Assembly (NCBI GenBank): GCA_048881705.1
Contig: JBHLSH010000032.1
Coordinates: 1-38,827, forward strand
Direction of reading: 5' to 3'
From: Candidatus Heimdallarchaeota archaeon
GTDB taxonomy: Archaea; Asgardarchaeota; Heimdallarchaeia; Hodarchaeales; Hodarchaeaceae
DNA length: 38,827 nucleotides
Under the pieces are notes generated by a model. The model was given only the letters and a program-made list of their open reading frames with translations. It made no database searches and was not told the DNA's origin. This document shows positions 8,955 through 18,243 of this stretch, one piece after another; the stretch's first letter is position 1, and each line of letters starts with the position of its first letter. A program made the translations under genes and the position numbers.

Positions 8955-9437
8955 CTAATTAAAATCAGAATATAAAGAGGCCAGATCAAGGGGGTAAGCG
9001 ATCTGTTCTGCTTTTTCTAAGTAGTCTACCAATAGCCCAAGATTGTGAACGTTTCGGGCCTCGATATGGTGAGCCTGTTTGGAAATAAATTGTTTGGCCT
9101 TTTGGAAAGAGGGAGTTAATTGCTTTTTAGAGCAAGTTCTACGAATATCTAAGAGAACTGATTCCCAAGGTTGAGACAACAAGGCATCACGTACCTGGTC
9201 TTCAGATATAAGACCGTACGAAAGCCCTGATGATATTATGGGTTCCGCTTGCATCAAGAACTGTATCAAGCACTCAACATGACTCAGATACCCTTCATTA
9301 TCGCCTAGTACTATATTCTGCTGTATCAAATCCTCGAGGTCTAGGTTTCCTCCACAATGAGAACAGATTAACCCACCACCCTGCAACATAAGATCATAAA
9401 TCATATATAAATCGATCTCGTGCTCTTCACTGGTCAA
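8955..9437 (-). CDS. Hypothetical protein with a possible Zn site
   Basis: 160-aa ORF with TTG start; CSHC...HVEC followed by a helical region; co-oriented upstream of eL22. Confidence 0.6.
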   Translation of the reverse strand: MTSEEHEIDLYMIYDLMLQGGGLICSHCGGNLDLEDLIQQNIVLGDNEGYLSHVECLIQFLMQAEPIISSGLSYGLISEDQVRDALLSQPWESVLLDIRRTCSKKQLTPSFQKAKQFISKQAHHIEARNVHNLGLLVDYLEKAEQIAYPLDLASLYSDFN

Positions 9438-9658
9438 TTACTTAATTTCTCCTCTTCTTTTAGTCAGGCGACTTGTTTTCCGATGATTTTAAGTAGAAAT
9501 ATATCTATTTGCATGCCAGTGTACACGGGGATAAGCATAATAATCAACATTATAACGCATGGCTTAACAGATTTCCTAACCTTACTACCGTTAATTGGCG
9601 AAAAAATGTCCGGATCGGCGCTCAAAAAGGCCCATCGGCTTAATTATGGTGAAAAATC

Positions 9659-9928
9659 ATGGAAGATAAAATTAATAACGTTAAAAATCTATTGCAACAA
9701 GTCTCGAGCGACCACAGTGTACCAAAGAATATTAGACGGGCCGCCAAAGAAGCTTTTTCTGCTATCGTAGGGAAAAACACTCCCGATGACGATCCTCCAG
9801 AAGTAAGAGCCAATTTAGCCATCAGTATCTTAGATGAAATTAGTCAGGATCCTAACTGTCCCCTTTTTGCGCGCACAACCATATGGAACGTGTTATCGCT
9901 CCTTGAAACCATTTCATCTGAAGCCTGA
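9659..9928 (+). CDS. UPF0147 family protein
   Basis: DHSVPKNIRRAA, AISILDEISQDPNCP..ART.IW..LS.LETI. Confidence 0.9.
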   Translation: MEDKINNVKNLLQQVSSDHSVPKNIRRAAKEAFSAIVGKNTPDDDPPEVRANLAISILDEISQDPNCPLFARTTIWNVLSLLETISSEA

Positions 9929-10012
9929 TCCTGTCCTTCTCCCCATTCTTCTTTCTCCGCTAGAACTGTAATTTCTTCTAATCTCTGATGAAAATTGGGT
10001 AAATTCGACAAG

Positions 10013-10213
10013 TCAGACCTCAACAACCTCTATATTGAGGTTAGATACAATTTTGTTTGCCTCTTCGGGTGTTGTTTTGAATGTGTATAGCCGTTTCTTT
10101 GTCCGCAATTTTAATTTTACAATGTTGGAATTTTTCACGCGTTTGACATAGCACCTAGACGCTAGCTCCAATGTAGTCATGAATTCTTCCTTTGACTTCA
10201 GTTCTTCAGGCAT
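10013..10213 (-). CDS. rpl38e: Ribosomal protein eL38
   Basis: MP.E....EEF start and VKLKLRTKKRLYTFK match the recalled eL38 core (VKFKVRCSRYLYTLV). Confidence 0.88.
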   Translation of the reverse strand: MPEELKSKEEFMTTLELASRCYVKRVKNSNIVKLKLRTKKRLYTFKTTPEEANKIVSNLNIEVVEV

Positions 10214-10266
10214 TCAATAGGCCTCGTTGTAATTTGGCTTGAACCAAACAAACTCTGAAAGTTTAT

Positions 10267-10827
10267 TTATTCTTTACCTCCAATATTTCCCCTCGATGCT
10301 GAAAGACGGACAGCTGATAATTGTCCGCCACAAGACGGGCAGATCTGTCCACTAACATTAGTTATCTCCCCACAACTTCTACATTTGAGTTGCCAGCGGT
10401 GGAGCTGGAGGATTTTTTGGTTCGTCATGGTGTGGATAGGGACTTTAAGATGACCAGCAGCGTTTTGGAGGCGGTAATCGCTTGTTATCAGTGCTACCAT
10501 CGCCTCATATCGGTCCCTTAATTCGATTGCTAGACTTATTACTCCGATATCGGCGTAAGAAAGGGCAGTTTGAGGATCAAAAACCTGAATCTTTTGTTTA
10601 ACCTTTCGCACAAGGCTGGCTGAAGGTTCGGTAATTCTAAACTTTGTCGATTGACTCAAAAGGTCTAGATTTGTCTTTGATCGGAAATCTTTTAGTTCTG
10701 AAACAATATTAGGAGTGGTATAGAACTCTATCGATGTTGATTTGCCCCAAAGAAGCAAATCAGGAAAATCAAGTCGAATAAAGGCTGTAGAGTCTAGTAT
10801 GTAAATATGGAGGCCATGGCTTCTCAC
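10267..10827 (-). CDS. nob1: Nob1-type PIN endonuclease with C-terminal Zn ribbon
   Basis: ILDSTAF, TTP..VSEL, LS.AD..VI.LA.EL, LITSDY.LQN.A, CRSCG...CPSCG. Probable GTG start at 10827 overlapping the NAD kinase stop (GTGA). Confidence 0.88.
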   Translation of the reverse strand: MRSHGLHIYILDSTAFIRLDFPDLLLWGKSTSIEFYTTPNIVSELKDFRSKTNLDLLSQSTKFRITEPSASLVRKVKQKIQVFDPQTALSYADIGVISLAIELRDRYEAMVALITSDYRLQNAAGHLKVPIHTMTNQKILQLHRWQLKCRSCGEITNVSGQICPSCGGQLSAVRLSASRGNIGGKE

Positions 10828-11711
10828 GATTGGTCCCGCAGGCCAGGATGAAAATTTCGCCGCCACCTAGAGGTGAAATGACTTGAACGCAAGAATTTCA
10901 CGGTCTCGGAAGAGGGGCGAAACTCAATTTCAATGGGAGTTTCTTCAAAAATTACACTATCTTGTCCATCGAACACCAGTTTAATCGGATTTATTCGCGT
11001 TGTACTAATGATTTTTATTTTGCGTTTTGAAGAAAGCACAATGGGGCGTACCGTCAAATCTAGTGGATTGATCCATACGATTTCAAAGTTTTCTAGAACA
11101 GGATCGATCAGGGTTCCTCCACTTGAAAGAGAATGCCCCGTGGAACCGATTGGAGTGGAAATAATAATTCCATCGGCTAGAGATCGAGAAGTGAGCATTT
11201 CATCAACAAACAACTGAAAATCGATGGTTTTCAGCAAATCTGTTGAGGTAATAACGCACTCATTAATACAGGATCCCAAATATTTGGCTTTTAGAAAAGC
11301 ATCGATCCGAGTGTGTTCTTCAAGTACGAATTTTCCCGCGAGAAACTCTTTAATTTTCGATGAAACATCATTTGGATCAATCTCTGTCATGAAACCCTTT
11401 CTACCTCTGTTAACAGAAAGAATAGGAAGATCTGGTCTTGTTCGCGCGACTCTGAGTATTGATCCATCGCCTCCAATACAAATTACGGAATCTACTCGCA
11501 TTTGATCAAGTGATGAGCGTACACAGGCTGGGAGGATACTTTTTTTTGTCATTGGAACAGAGTCTAAATACTGGTGTAACTCGGGATTTAAAAACCACGC
11601 AACGGTCCTTGCTTCCCCCAGAGACAAAACTTGTCTGACTACTTCCACGGTTCCTTCGTTAAGGACTTGAGAAAAGATTCCTATCCTCGAAGGTCTCCCT
11701 TTTTTCTCCAA
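10824..11711 (-). CDS. nadK: NAD(+) kinase
   Basis: GGDGSIL, INE, ADGIIISTPIGSTGHSLSSGG; TTG start. Confidence 0.92.
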   Translation of the reverse strand: MEKKGRPSRIGIFSQVLNEGTVEVVRQVLSLGEARTVAWFLNPELHQYLDSVPMTKKSILPACVRSSLDQMRVDSVICIGGDGSILRVARTRPDLPILSVNRGRKGFMTEIDPNDVSSKIKEFLAGKFVLEEHTRIDAFLKAKYLGSCINECVITSTDLLKTIDFQLFVDEMLTSRSLADGIIISTPIGSTGHSLSSGGTLIDPVLENFEIVWINPLDLTVRPIVLSSKRKIKIISTTRINPIKLVFDGQDSVIFEETPIEIEFRPSSETVKFLRSSHFTSRWRRNFHPGLRDQS

Positions 11712-11747
11712 TGACTCTTCGACCTTTTGAGCTCTGGAACTCCAATT

Positions 11748-12185
11748 CTATATGCTTAGTTCTCGGATCTGGGTAACTTTTTTTCGATCCATGACGTCCC
11801 AGTAGTCGATTTCGATCCCTTTACCTTCATTATGGAGTTGACTTAGGCGTGTTTTCAATTCCTCTTCGGTGGGTGGTTCGACTACAAAGGTCTCGTATGT
11901 TTCAGTATCCATCACGTGAACAAAGCCAGTATCAGCCTCAATATCAGTAACCTGACCAACGCGCTTATTAATAATTGGAACATTAACGCGTCGATCAACA
12001 GGACTTATAAACTGTCTTTTTTGGTCGGAGAATAAACCTACCATCATCATTCGTGCTTTGGCTGATCCATGTTTTCCAGGTTTACTTTTATCAATTGAAA
12101 TAACCTTGCAAGGTTCATTAGAGTCTGGATCGATGATATAGCGTCCAACCTTGATACTTCCAACCTTTTTGGGTTCATAGGACAT
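11748..12185 (-). CDS. eif5a: Translation factor aIF5A
   Basis: Hypusine loop SKPGKHGSAKAR; GGTGA upstream of the ATG. Confidence 0.97.
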   Translation of the reverse strand: MSYEPKKVGSIKVGRYIIDPDSNEPCKVISIDKSKPGKHGSAKARMMMVGLFSDQKRQFISPVDRRVNVPIINKRVGQVTDIEADTGFVHVMDTETYETFVVEPPTEEELKTRLSQLHNEGKGIEIDYWDVMDRKKVTQIRELSI

Positions 12186-12392
12186 TTAGAAATCACCAGT
12201 TTATCAGATTAAAACGATAGACTAACAAAAAGCTTGGTTTCCCCAATTGTTTTATTCTTTTCCCCGTTTGTCCGAGACCGATAGTGGACATGAGATTTTG
12301 GAGTTTATTTTTGATCCATCAAGATATTTTGATTAATTATTAATAAAATGGCTTCTTTATAATATTAGTGTTTTTTATCTGGTGGAAATGCA

Positions 12393-13124
12393 TTGTTCGC
12401 CCCTAAAGGTTTGGGATATGACCGTGGTTCGACGATTTTCAGTCCTGATGGACGTTTGTTTCAAGTTGAGTACGCTATTGAGGCCGTCAAGCGGGGAACC
12501 ACCGCCATTGGAGTAAAAACGTATGGAGGGTGTTGCTTGATCGTCCAAAAGCGATTTCATTCATCACTGATTGAACCCGAAATGGTCAAGAAAATATATG
12601 CTATCGATGGTCATTTGGCGGTTGCAATTGCAGGACTAACCGCAGATGCTCGTATATTGGTCAATCAGGCTCGAATTCAAGCCCAAATACATAGAATCAC
12701 ATATTCGGAGAAAATTTCGGTCGAAGGTTTAACTCGACGAATCGCAGATCTGAAACAAATGTACACACAGCATGCAGGAGTTCGGCCCTTTGGCGTTTCC
12801 ATGTTGATTGCAGGATGTGATGACATTCGGGGGCCTCAGGTTTTTATGACTGAACCTAGTGGAAGCTACTGGGGATACCGAGCTGCAGCTATTGGTAGCA
12901 ATGCTCCATCAATAATAGAGTACCTTGAAAATGAATATCAGCAGGTAGCAGATACAGTTGAAGAGGGAAGCATGTCAGCCCTACGAGCACTAAGCCAGGT
13001 AACAGAGGGCCCTCTTAGCGCGGACCTTGTCGAGATCGGGATTATTGATGAATCGACGAAAACTCTAAGATACCTGGAAAGAGAGGATATTACAAAACTT
13101 CTCAGCAAAATGAAGGATGCTTGA
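12393..13124 (+). CDS. psmA: 20S proteasome alpha subunit
   Basis: GYDR..TIFSPDGRLFQVEYA.EAVKRG, GL.ADAR.L, YTQ..GVRPFGVS; TTG start. Confidence 0.97.
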   Translation: MFAPKGLGYDRGSTIFSPDGRLFQVEYAIEAVKRGTTAIGVKTYGGCCLIVQKRFHSSLIEPEMVKKIYAIDGHLAVAIAGLTADARILVNQARIQAQIHRITYSEKISVEGLTRRIADLKQMYTQHAGVRPFGVSMLIAGCDDIRGPQVFMTEPSGSYWGYRAAAIGSNAPSIIEYLENEYQQVADTVEEGSMSALRALSQVTEGPLSADLVEIGIIDESTKTLRYLEREDITKLLSKMKDA

Positions 13125-13127
13125 AAG

Positions 13128-13868
13128 ATGCTTCGTGAAAAACGTTTTTCTCTGGATCTCACAGGAAAAACCGTGGTTAGAGCTAAATTACATGGAAATC
13201 GGTTTGAAATTATTGTGAATCCCGAATTGGCGCTAAAATATAAAATGGGATTATTAGATGACCCGGAATTTAAAATTCTAGATCTTTTGGAGTACGATGA
13301 AGTATTCACAAATGCCAGCAAAGGGGAAAAGGCTCCTGATGATATTCTTGAACATTGTTTCGAAACCACTGAAATTGCTGAAATTGTTACCCAGATCATG
13401 GAGCGGGGTGAGCTAAATCTCACCGCGGAACAAAGACAGGAGCTATTTGAGAAAAAACGAAAACGAATCGTAACCTTACTTGCTCGTACAACTATCAACC
13501 CAAGTACACGGACGCCTCATCCACCGGCTCGTATTGAAAATGCCATGAAGGAAGCCAAAATAATGATCAATCCAGCCGTGCCCGCTGAAAGCCAACTAAA
13601 AGAAATAATCCAGGAATTGCGTCGGGTTTTACCCATCAGTATGGAAACAGTAAAATTGGCATTAAAGATCCCAGCGGAATTTACGGGGAAAGCTTATGGC
13701 GAGATAAAACGTGAAGCGGAAATAGAAACGGATGAATGGCAAAAGGATGGATCTTGGATCGCGGTAGCAATAGTTGCAGCGGGAATACAGGCTGAATTCA
13801 TAGAGAAAATTCAAGGTATGACGAAAGGAAGGTCTGAAATCAAAGTATTAGAAAGAATTCGGTTGTAA
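13128..13868 (+). CDS. Ribosome maturation factor SBDS/Sdo1
   Basis: RFEIIVNP, VFTNASKGEKA, I..RGELNLTAEQR, PHPPARIENAM.EA. Confidence 0.95.
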   Translation: MLREKRFSLDLTGKTVVRAKLHGNRFEIIVNPELALKYKMGLLDDPEFKILDLLEYDEVFTNASKGEKAPDDILEHCFETTEIAEIVTQIMERGELNLTAEQRQELFEKKRKRIVTLLARTTINPSTRTPHPPARIENAMKEAKIMINPAVPAESQLKEIIQELRRVLPISMETVKLALKIPAEFTGKAYGEIKREAEIETDEWQKDGSWIAVAIVAAGIQAEFIEKIQGMTKGRSEIKVLERIRL

Positions 13869-13926
13869 CGATTTTTTGATTGAAATGAGAGCATTAAAAT
13901 CTTCAAGATGAAATTGGTGAAAAAAA

Positions 13927-14661
13927 ATGGAAATTTTGGTGAGTAGAAACCAGTTGGTTATTCCCGGGGAAGTCTTGGCCCGAGGCCGGGGAGATGTGAA
14001 AGCAGGAGGCGGCGTTTACCGTCGAAAGAGAAATGATATGACGGAAGTGTGCGCTTCGATGGTAGGGTTGGCACAGATTCGTAGAAATCGGGTTGAAATA
14101 GTTCCCCAGAGAGGAGGATACATCCCCCTGGAGGGTGATATTGTCATAGGGAAAATCATTCGTGTAGGAATCACTTCGTGGAATGTGGATATTCGGGGCC
14201 CTTATGTTGGAACTCTTCGAGTAGGAAATGTTATTGAGCGTGATTTTGATTCTCTTAGGGAGACTTTGGATCGGATATTACAAATTGGCGATATTATTAA
14301 GGCCGAAATCATGTATTTCGATAGAACCCGTGATCCCATGCTCACAATGCTGGGTAGAGGTCTTCGAAAGATTACTAGTGGAAAAATGATTGAAGTTTCC
14401 CCTGTTAAAGTGCCCAGAATAATCGGGAAGAAAGGGAGTATGATCCAACTATTGAAGAATATGACGGGGGGAAAATTACTGGTTGGTCAGAATGGTAGAA
14501 TAATAATTTCCGCGAATGAAACTAGAGCCGAGCTGATTTTGGAACGAGCTGTAAGGAAAATAGCTGCAGAAGCGCATACCACTGGATTAACGGATAGAAT
14601 TCACGATTTTTTAAAAACCGAGATGTCAAGGGACATGGAAAAAAGTGATACTAATGAATGA
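13927..14661 (+). CDS. rrp4: Exosome RNA-binding cap subunit Rrp4
   Basis: LVIPGE, YIP..GD.VIG (S1 domain), KH domain KVPRIIGKKGSMI, VGQNGRI. Confidence 0.95.
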   Translation: MEILVSRNQLVIPGEVLARGRGDVKAGGGVYRRKRNDMTEVCASMVGLAQIRRNRVEIVPQRGGYIPLEGDIVIGKIIRVGITSWNVDIRGPYVGTLRVGNVIERDFDSLRETLDRILQIGDIIKAEIMYFDRTRDPMLTMLGRGLRKITSGKMIEVSPVKVPRIIGKKGSMIQLLKNMTGGKLLVGQNGRIIISANETRAELILERAVRKIAAEAHTTGLTDRIHDFLKTEMSRDMEKSDTNE

Positions 14662-15448
14662 AGAAAAAAAACCACTCCTCCGGGCAGATGGAAACCGTTT
14701 AGATGGCCGTGGACTACACGAACTAAGGCCGATTACGATGAAAACGGGAGTTCTCAATAGAGCAGATGGTAGCTGTTATCTGACCTGGGGAAATAACAAA
14801 ATTATATGTGCAGTGTATGGTCCCAGAGAACTTCATCCCAAACACCTAGCACAGCCAGACAAAGCCATTGTACGTGTGGAATACCGTCTCGCAACGTTTT
14901 CAGTCGGGGAACGAAAAAGCCCTGCACCTCGACGACGGGAATATGAATTGAGTAAAATCATTAAGGAATCGTTAGAATCGATATTGTTTTTAGAAAAATT
15001 TCCTAATGGAACTATAGACTTGTTTATTACTGTTTTGGATGCAGATGGTGGAACAAGATGCGCTGCACTTACAGCAGCTTCCTTAGGTTTGGCAGATGCT
15101 GGTATCCCCATGCGTGGCCTTGTAACAGGCTGTGCAGTAGGAAAGGTTGAAGGAAAAATGGTAGTAGACCTCGCAGATATAGAAGATAAGGAAGGGGACG
15201 GTGATATGCCTGTTGCAATGGTGCATAATACTGGAGAAATTACTCTCCTCCAAAGCGATGGAAAATTTACTGTAGACGAGGTAAGCGAAGGGATCGGATT
15301 AGCTAGGGATGCCATTGGTGAGATCTACTTAATTCAACGGGAGGCCTTAATGAGTACGTTTGGCCAAATTCCAGAGTCCTCGGATGAAACCCAAGAAGAT
15401 GAGGATGATGACGAGCTTGGAGAAGAAGACGACTTTGACGAAGAATAG
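14645..15448 (+). CDS. rrp41: Exosome catalytic subunit Rrp41 with acidic C-terminal tail
   Basis: R.DGR...ELRPI, ADGS.Y, YGPRE.HP.H, DGGTRCAAL.AASL.LADAGIPM, DMPVA. Confidence 0.96.
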   Translation: MILMNEEKKPLLRADGNRLDGRGLHELRPITMKTGVLNRADGSCYLTWGNNKIICAVYGPRELHPKHLAQPDKAIVRVEYRLATFSVGERKSPAPRRREYELSKIIKESLESILFLEKFPNGTIDLFITVLDADGGTRCAALTAASLGLADAGIPMRGLVTGCAVGKVEGKMVVDLADIEDKEGDGDMPVAMVHNTGEITLLQSDGKFTVDEVSEGIGLARDAIGEIYLIQREALMSTFGQIPESSDETQEDEDDDELGEEDDFDEE

Positions 15449-16312
15449 GTGAACAAAATGGGAAGCGACGAAATAATAGGAGCATTAGAAAGAAAACATT
15501 TGTTGGAGAAGCTATCAGAGGGTGAACGCTCTGATGGTCGAGGATTTTGGGAAGGACGGGAGATACAAATAATCCCCAATGTTATTAAAAAAGCTGAAGG
15601 TTCAGCCATGGTAAAATGGGGGGATACGGTAGTGATAGCAGGTGTGAAAGCCCAACTTGGTGCCCCCTTTTCTGATACACCAGATTCGGGGGTAATTACT
15701 GTGAATATCGAATTATCACCGATCTCTTCGCCATCGCATGAAAGCGGACCTCCTGGCCCTGATGCCATTGAACTGGCACGAGTTGTGGATAGGGGTATTC
15801 GGGAGAGTAAGGTAATTCCAATGAACGATCCTAAAGTATGCGTTATTCCTGGAGAAAAAGTTTGGATTCTGTTCGTTGATATATATATCTTGGATGATGG
15901 TGGTAACCTAATCGATGCATCCGCACTTGCTGCAATGTCTGCTTTAGCCAATGCGCGTTTAATGAAGGTCGAAATCGACGAAGAAAGCGGCGAGGTAACA
16001 CTTCTGGATGACACAGAACCTCTACCTCGGCAGGGGAGCGTTGTCAGCCTAACATATGCCAAAATCGAAAACCACATTCTATATGATCCCGATCTGATTG
16101 AAGATCGGGGAAAGACGGCTCGCATTTCCTTAGGAATAGATAATAACGGAATGATCTGTTCAATGCAAAAAGGAGAGTCAGGTACGTTTCTAGAAGAAGA
16201 GATTAGGGAGATCATTGAAAAGGCTACTAATCGTGCGCAAGAATTGATCACCATCGCGGAAGAACATGCCCAAACTGCAGAACTGCGGCCGTTGTTTGAA
16301 TTCAATTTTTAA
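15449..16312 (+). CDS. rrp42: Exosome subunit Rrp42
   Basis: G.R.DGR, KAEGSA.V..G.T.V, PFSDTPDSG, GPPGPDAIELARVVDRGIRES, DDGGNLIDA. Confidence 0.96.
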   Translation: MNKMGSDEIIGALERKHLLEKLSEGERSDGRGFWEGREIQIIPNVIKKAEGSAMVKWGDTVVIAGVKAQLGAPFSDTPDSGVITVNIELSPISSPSHESGPPGPDAIELARVVDRGIRESKVIPMNDPKVCVIPGEKVWILFVDIYILDDGGNLIDASALAAMSALANARLMKVEIDEESGEVTLLDDTEPLPRQGSVVSLTYAKIENHILYDPDLIEDRGKTARISLGIDNNGMICSMQKGESGTFLEEEIREIIEKATNRAQELITIAEEHAQTAELRPLFEFNF

Positions 16313-16362
16313 TTTACAAAAGATAGAAAATCTTACTAAATCTAAGAAGGACTGGTGTTAAA

Positions 16363-16629
16363 ATGGGACGAAAAAAGAAGGTGGGCTCCACAGGCCGCTT
16401 TGGCACAAGATATGGCGCTACGATTCGAAAAAGGGTTCGCAAGATCGAACTGGAATTGAAAAAGAAGCACGTATGTCCGTCTTGTGACTCAGTTAAAGTA
16501 CGAAGGGCAGCTATCGGGATTTGGGAATGTTCTTTCTGTGGACATCGTTTTACAGGAGGGTCATGGACGCCACAAACACCTGGGGGTAAGATAGCTCAGC
16601 GAACAGCCAAACGTCTTGCGGAATCATAA
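16363..16629 (+). CDS. rpl37ae: Ribosomal protein eL43 (L37Ae)
   Basis: GRFGTRYGATIRK, CPSC...R.A.GIW.C.FC...F.GGSWTP. Confidence 0.97.
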   Translation: MGRKKKVGSTGRFGTRYGATIRKRVRKIELELKKKHVCPSCDSVKVRRAAIGIWECSFCGHRFTGGSWTPQTPGGKIAQRTAKRLAES

Positions 16630-16632
16630 AGT

Positions 16633-17217
16633 ATGGTTGATCAGGATCAATCAGACGATATTTTGCCCAATTCTGTTTTTATAACTACCTCACGACACCC
16701 CACACATTTTCTCAGACGTGCGAGCAAGGTATTGAATTTCTCAATACCCAATTCGCTCAAACTTAACCGTGGTTCTCTAAATCAGAGGGAGATTTATCGG
16801 TATTGCTGGAATCGGCGGATTCCATTTGCTTTAATTCTACAGAACACGGGGCAGAAGGACATCGTGGAAGTCAAAGCATATAAGATAGGGATGGAAGTTC
16901 AAGCGATGACGCCATCTATCAAATTATTGAACATGATCCAGCTAAAAAGGCATAATCGTGAAACTAGGATCGATGTAGATTCAATTCAGCTTCAGTTTGC
17001 TTCTACAGTTCAACAATCATTGAAAGACCGATTAATTGAAGCTTTCAATCCGCTTCTTCGTTTAACAAATGTAAAAACTTCCGAGAATCTCTTGTTCCTC
17101 AGATTCCGCATAGAAAGATCTAACATACTGATTGGCGAGGCTATCCAGAAAACGGCTAGGGGATCCCTCCTCCTTTTTAACTTATTAATTCAAGGTTGTT
17201 CCAAAGATGAAGGATAA
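16633..17217 (+). CDS. Brix-domain ribosome biogenesis protein (Imp4-like), divergent C-terminal half
   Basis: ITTSRHPT...R and NRG..N in the N-terminal half; conserved position in the superoperon. Confidence 0.75.
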   Translation: MVDQDQSDDILPNSVFITTSRHPTHFLRRASKVLNFSIPNSLKLNRGSLNQREIYRYCWNRRIPFALILQNTGQKDIVEVKAYKIGMEVQAMTPSIKLLNMIQLKRHNRETRIDVDSIQLQFASTVQQSLKDRLIEAFNPLLRLTNVKTSENLLFLRFRIERSNILIGEAIQKTARGSLLLFNLLIQGCSKDEG

Positions 17218-17476
17218 ATTCAGCTTTGTACTATCAATTCAGTTTGATACCGCTGAAGAGACCCGGGTTGTTCACCAGGCATTACTTCCGGAATTTAAGG
17301 CCGTGCGATTTGAGCGAAGCCATACAGATATTTCCTTGGTTGAAAAGGGAAAAGCCATTAAAATCAAGATTGCGGCGCAGGACGGGAATGCGAGTCGTGC
17401 TGCCATTAATACGGTTTTAAGGTGGATCAAAATTAGTTCTGAAGTAATTCATATCTTGAATACTTCTCAACAATGA
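17207..17476 (+). CDS. pcc1: KEOPS subunit Pcc1
   Basis: ALLPE, R..T.I, I.A.D....RAAINT.LRWIK; conserved position in the superoperon. Confidence 0.85.
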   Translation: MKDKFSFVLSIQFDTAEETRVVHQALLPEFKAVRFERSHTDISLVEKGKAIKIKIAAQDGNASRAAINTVLRWIKISSEVIHILNTSQQ

Positions 17477-17543
17477 ATCACGTGAAATTAATTGAACAGT
17501 TTTTAATGTCTCCAAATAACGGGCAGAAACGAGAGGAATAACT

Positions 17544-17906
17544 ATGGCGCGTCGAGAATTATCTCCTGCAAAGCAGGAACAACTTCTCCGGTTAAGACAG
17601 TTAGAGCAAGTAGTTCAAAACCTTCGAATTCAGCTAAGTGAGATTAATCGAACATTGGCCGAGATTGAAATGACCAAAAAGGAACTCCTAAAGCAGGATG
17701 CAGAGTCACAGGTCTGGAAGACTGTAGGTCAAGTGATGTTCCCAAAGAAAGTTAAAGATATTTTAAAGGAACTGGATGACAGGGCTGAATTGCTCGAACT
17801 GAAGAAGAAAAGCTTTACTTCCCAGGAATCCTCAAATGCCAAGCGTCTAGAGGATCTACAAACACGGTTAAGCGAAGAATTGGGCCTTTCGCAACCCTCG
17901 AATTGA
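17544..17906 (+). CDS. pfdB: Prefoldin beta subunit
   Basis: Two coiled coils around the beta-hairpin VWKTVGQVMF; position after Pcc1. Confidence 0.93.
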   Translation: MARRELSPAKQEQLLRLRQLEQVVQNLRIQLSEINRTLAEIEMTKKELLKQDAESQVWKTVGQVMFPKKVKDILKELDDRAELLELKKKSFTSQESSNAKRLEDLQTRLSEELGLSQPSN

Positions 17907-18226
17907 TCAATCATTGTTTAATCTATTGGATAGAGGTCGTGAACAATTTCAAGGATTCTTATGAACTAGATGAAATCCTAGACCTGTTATATGTCACTAT
18001 TCACCAATTTCTTGAAAATAGATTGAGGAGCGAGTTAGATCAAGATGTAATCGATATTTCCATTGAAACTGAGCCCCAAGGCGGACTCAAAGTCACTATT
18101 GATCTCTATTTGGAGATCTCCCCTTTTTCGAAATATGATGTTGAAAAGGTCGCAGAGGAGGCCCTAAGTCGTGCAGGGAAGCTTGCGGATGAAATCATTC
18201 CAAACTTAGTCATTAATCTTAGATAA
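17903..18226 (+). CDS. Small acidic alpha/beta protein, DUF3194-like
   Basis: Overlaps the pfdB stop by 4 nt. Helix-strand-strand-helix pattern (IDISIE...VTIDLYLE...VAEEALSRA) fits the family recalled downstream of pfdB. Confidence 0.6.
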   Translation: MINHCLIYWIEVVNNFKDSYELDEILDLLYVTIHQFLENRLRSELDQDVIDISIETEPQGGLKVTIDLYLEISPFSKYDVEKVAEEALSRAGKLADEIIPNLVINLR

Positions 18227-18243
18227 TCTCCAGTTGTTTTTTC

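Noticed and set aside
9420-9770. 116-aa plus-strand ORF and an antisense ~54-codon hydrophobic frame
   Set aside because: Overlaps neighbouring genes, has no family resemblance, and cannot be distinguished from chance.
12938-16305. Long antisense ORFs (12938-13498, 14833-15315, 15334-16305)
   Set aside because: Shadow frames opposite well-conserved psmA, SBDS, rrp41 and rrp42 genes.
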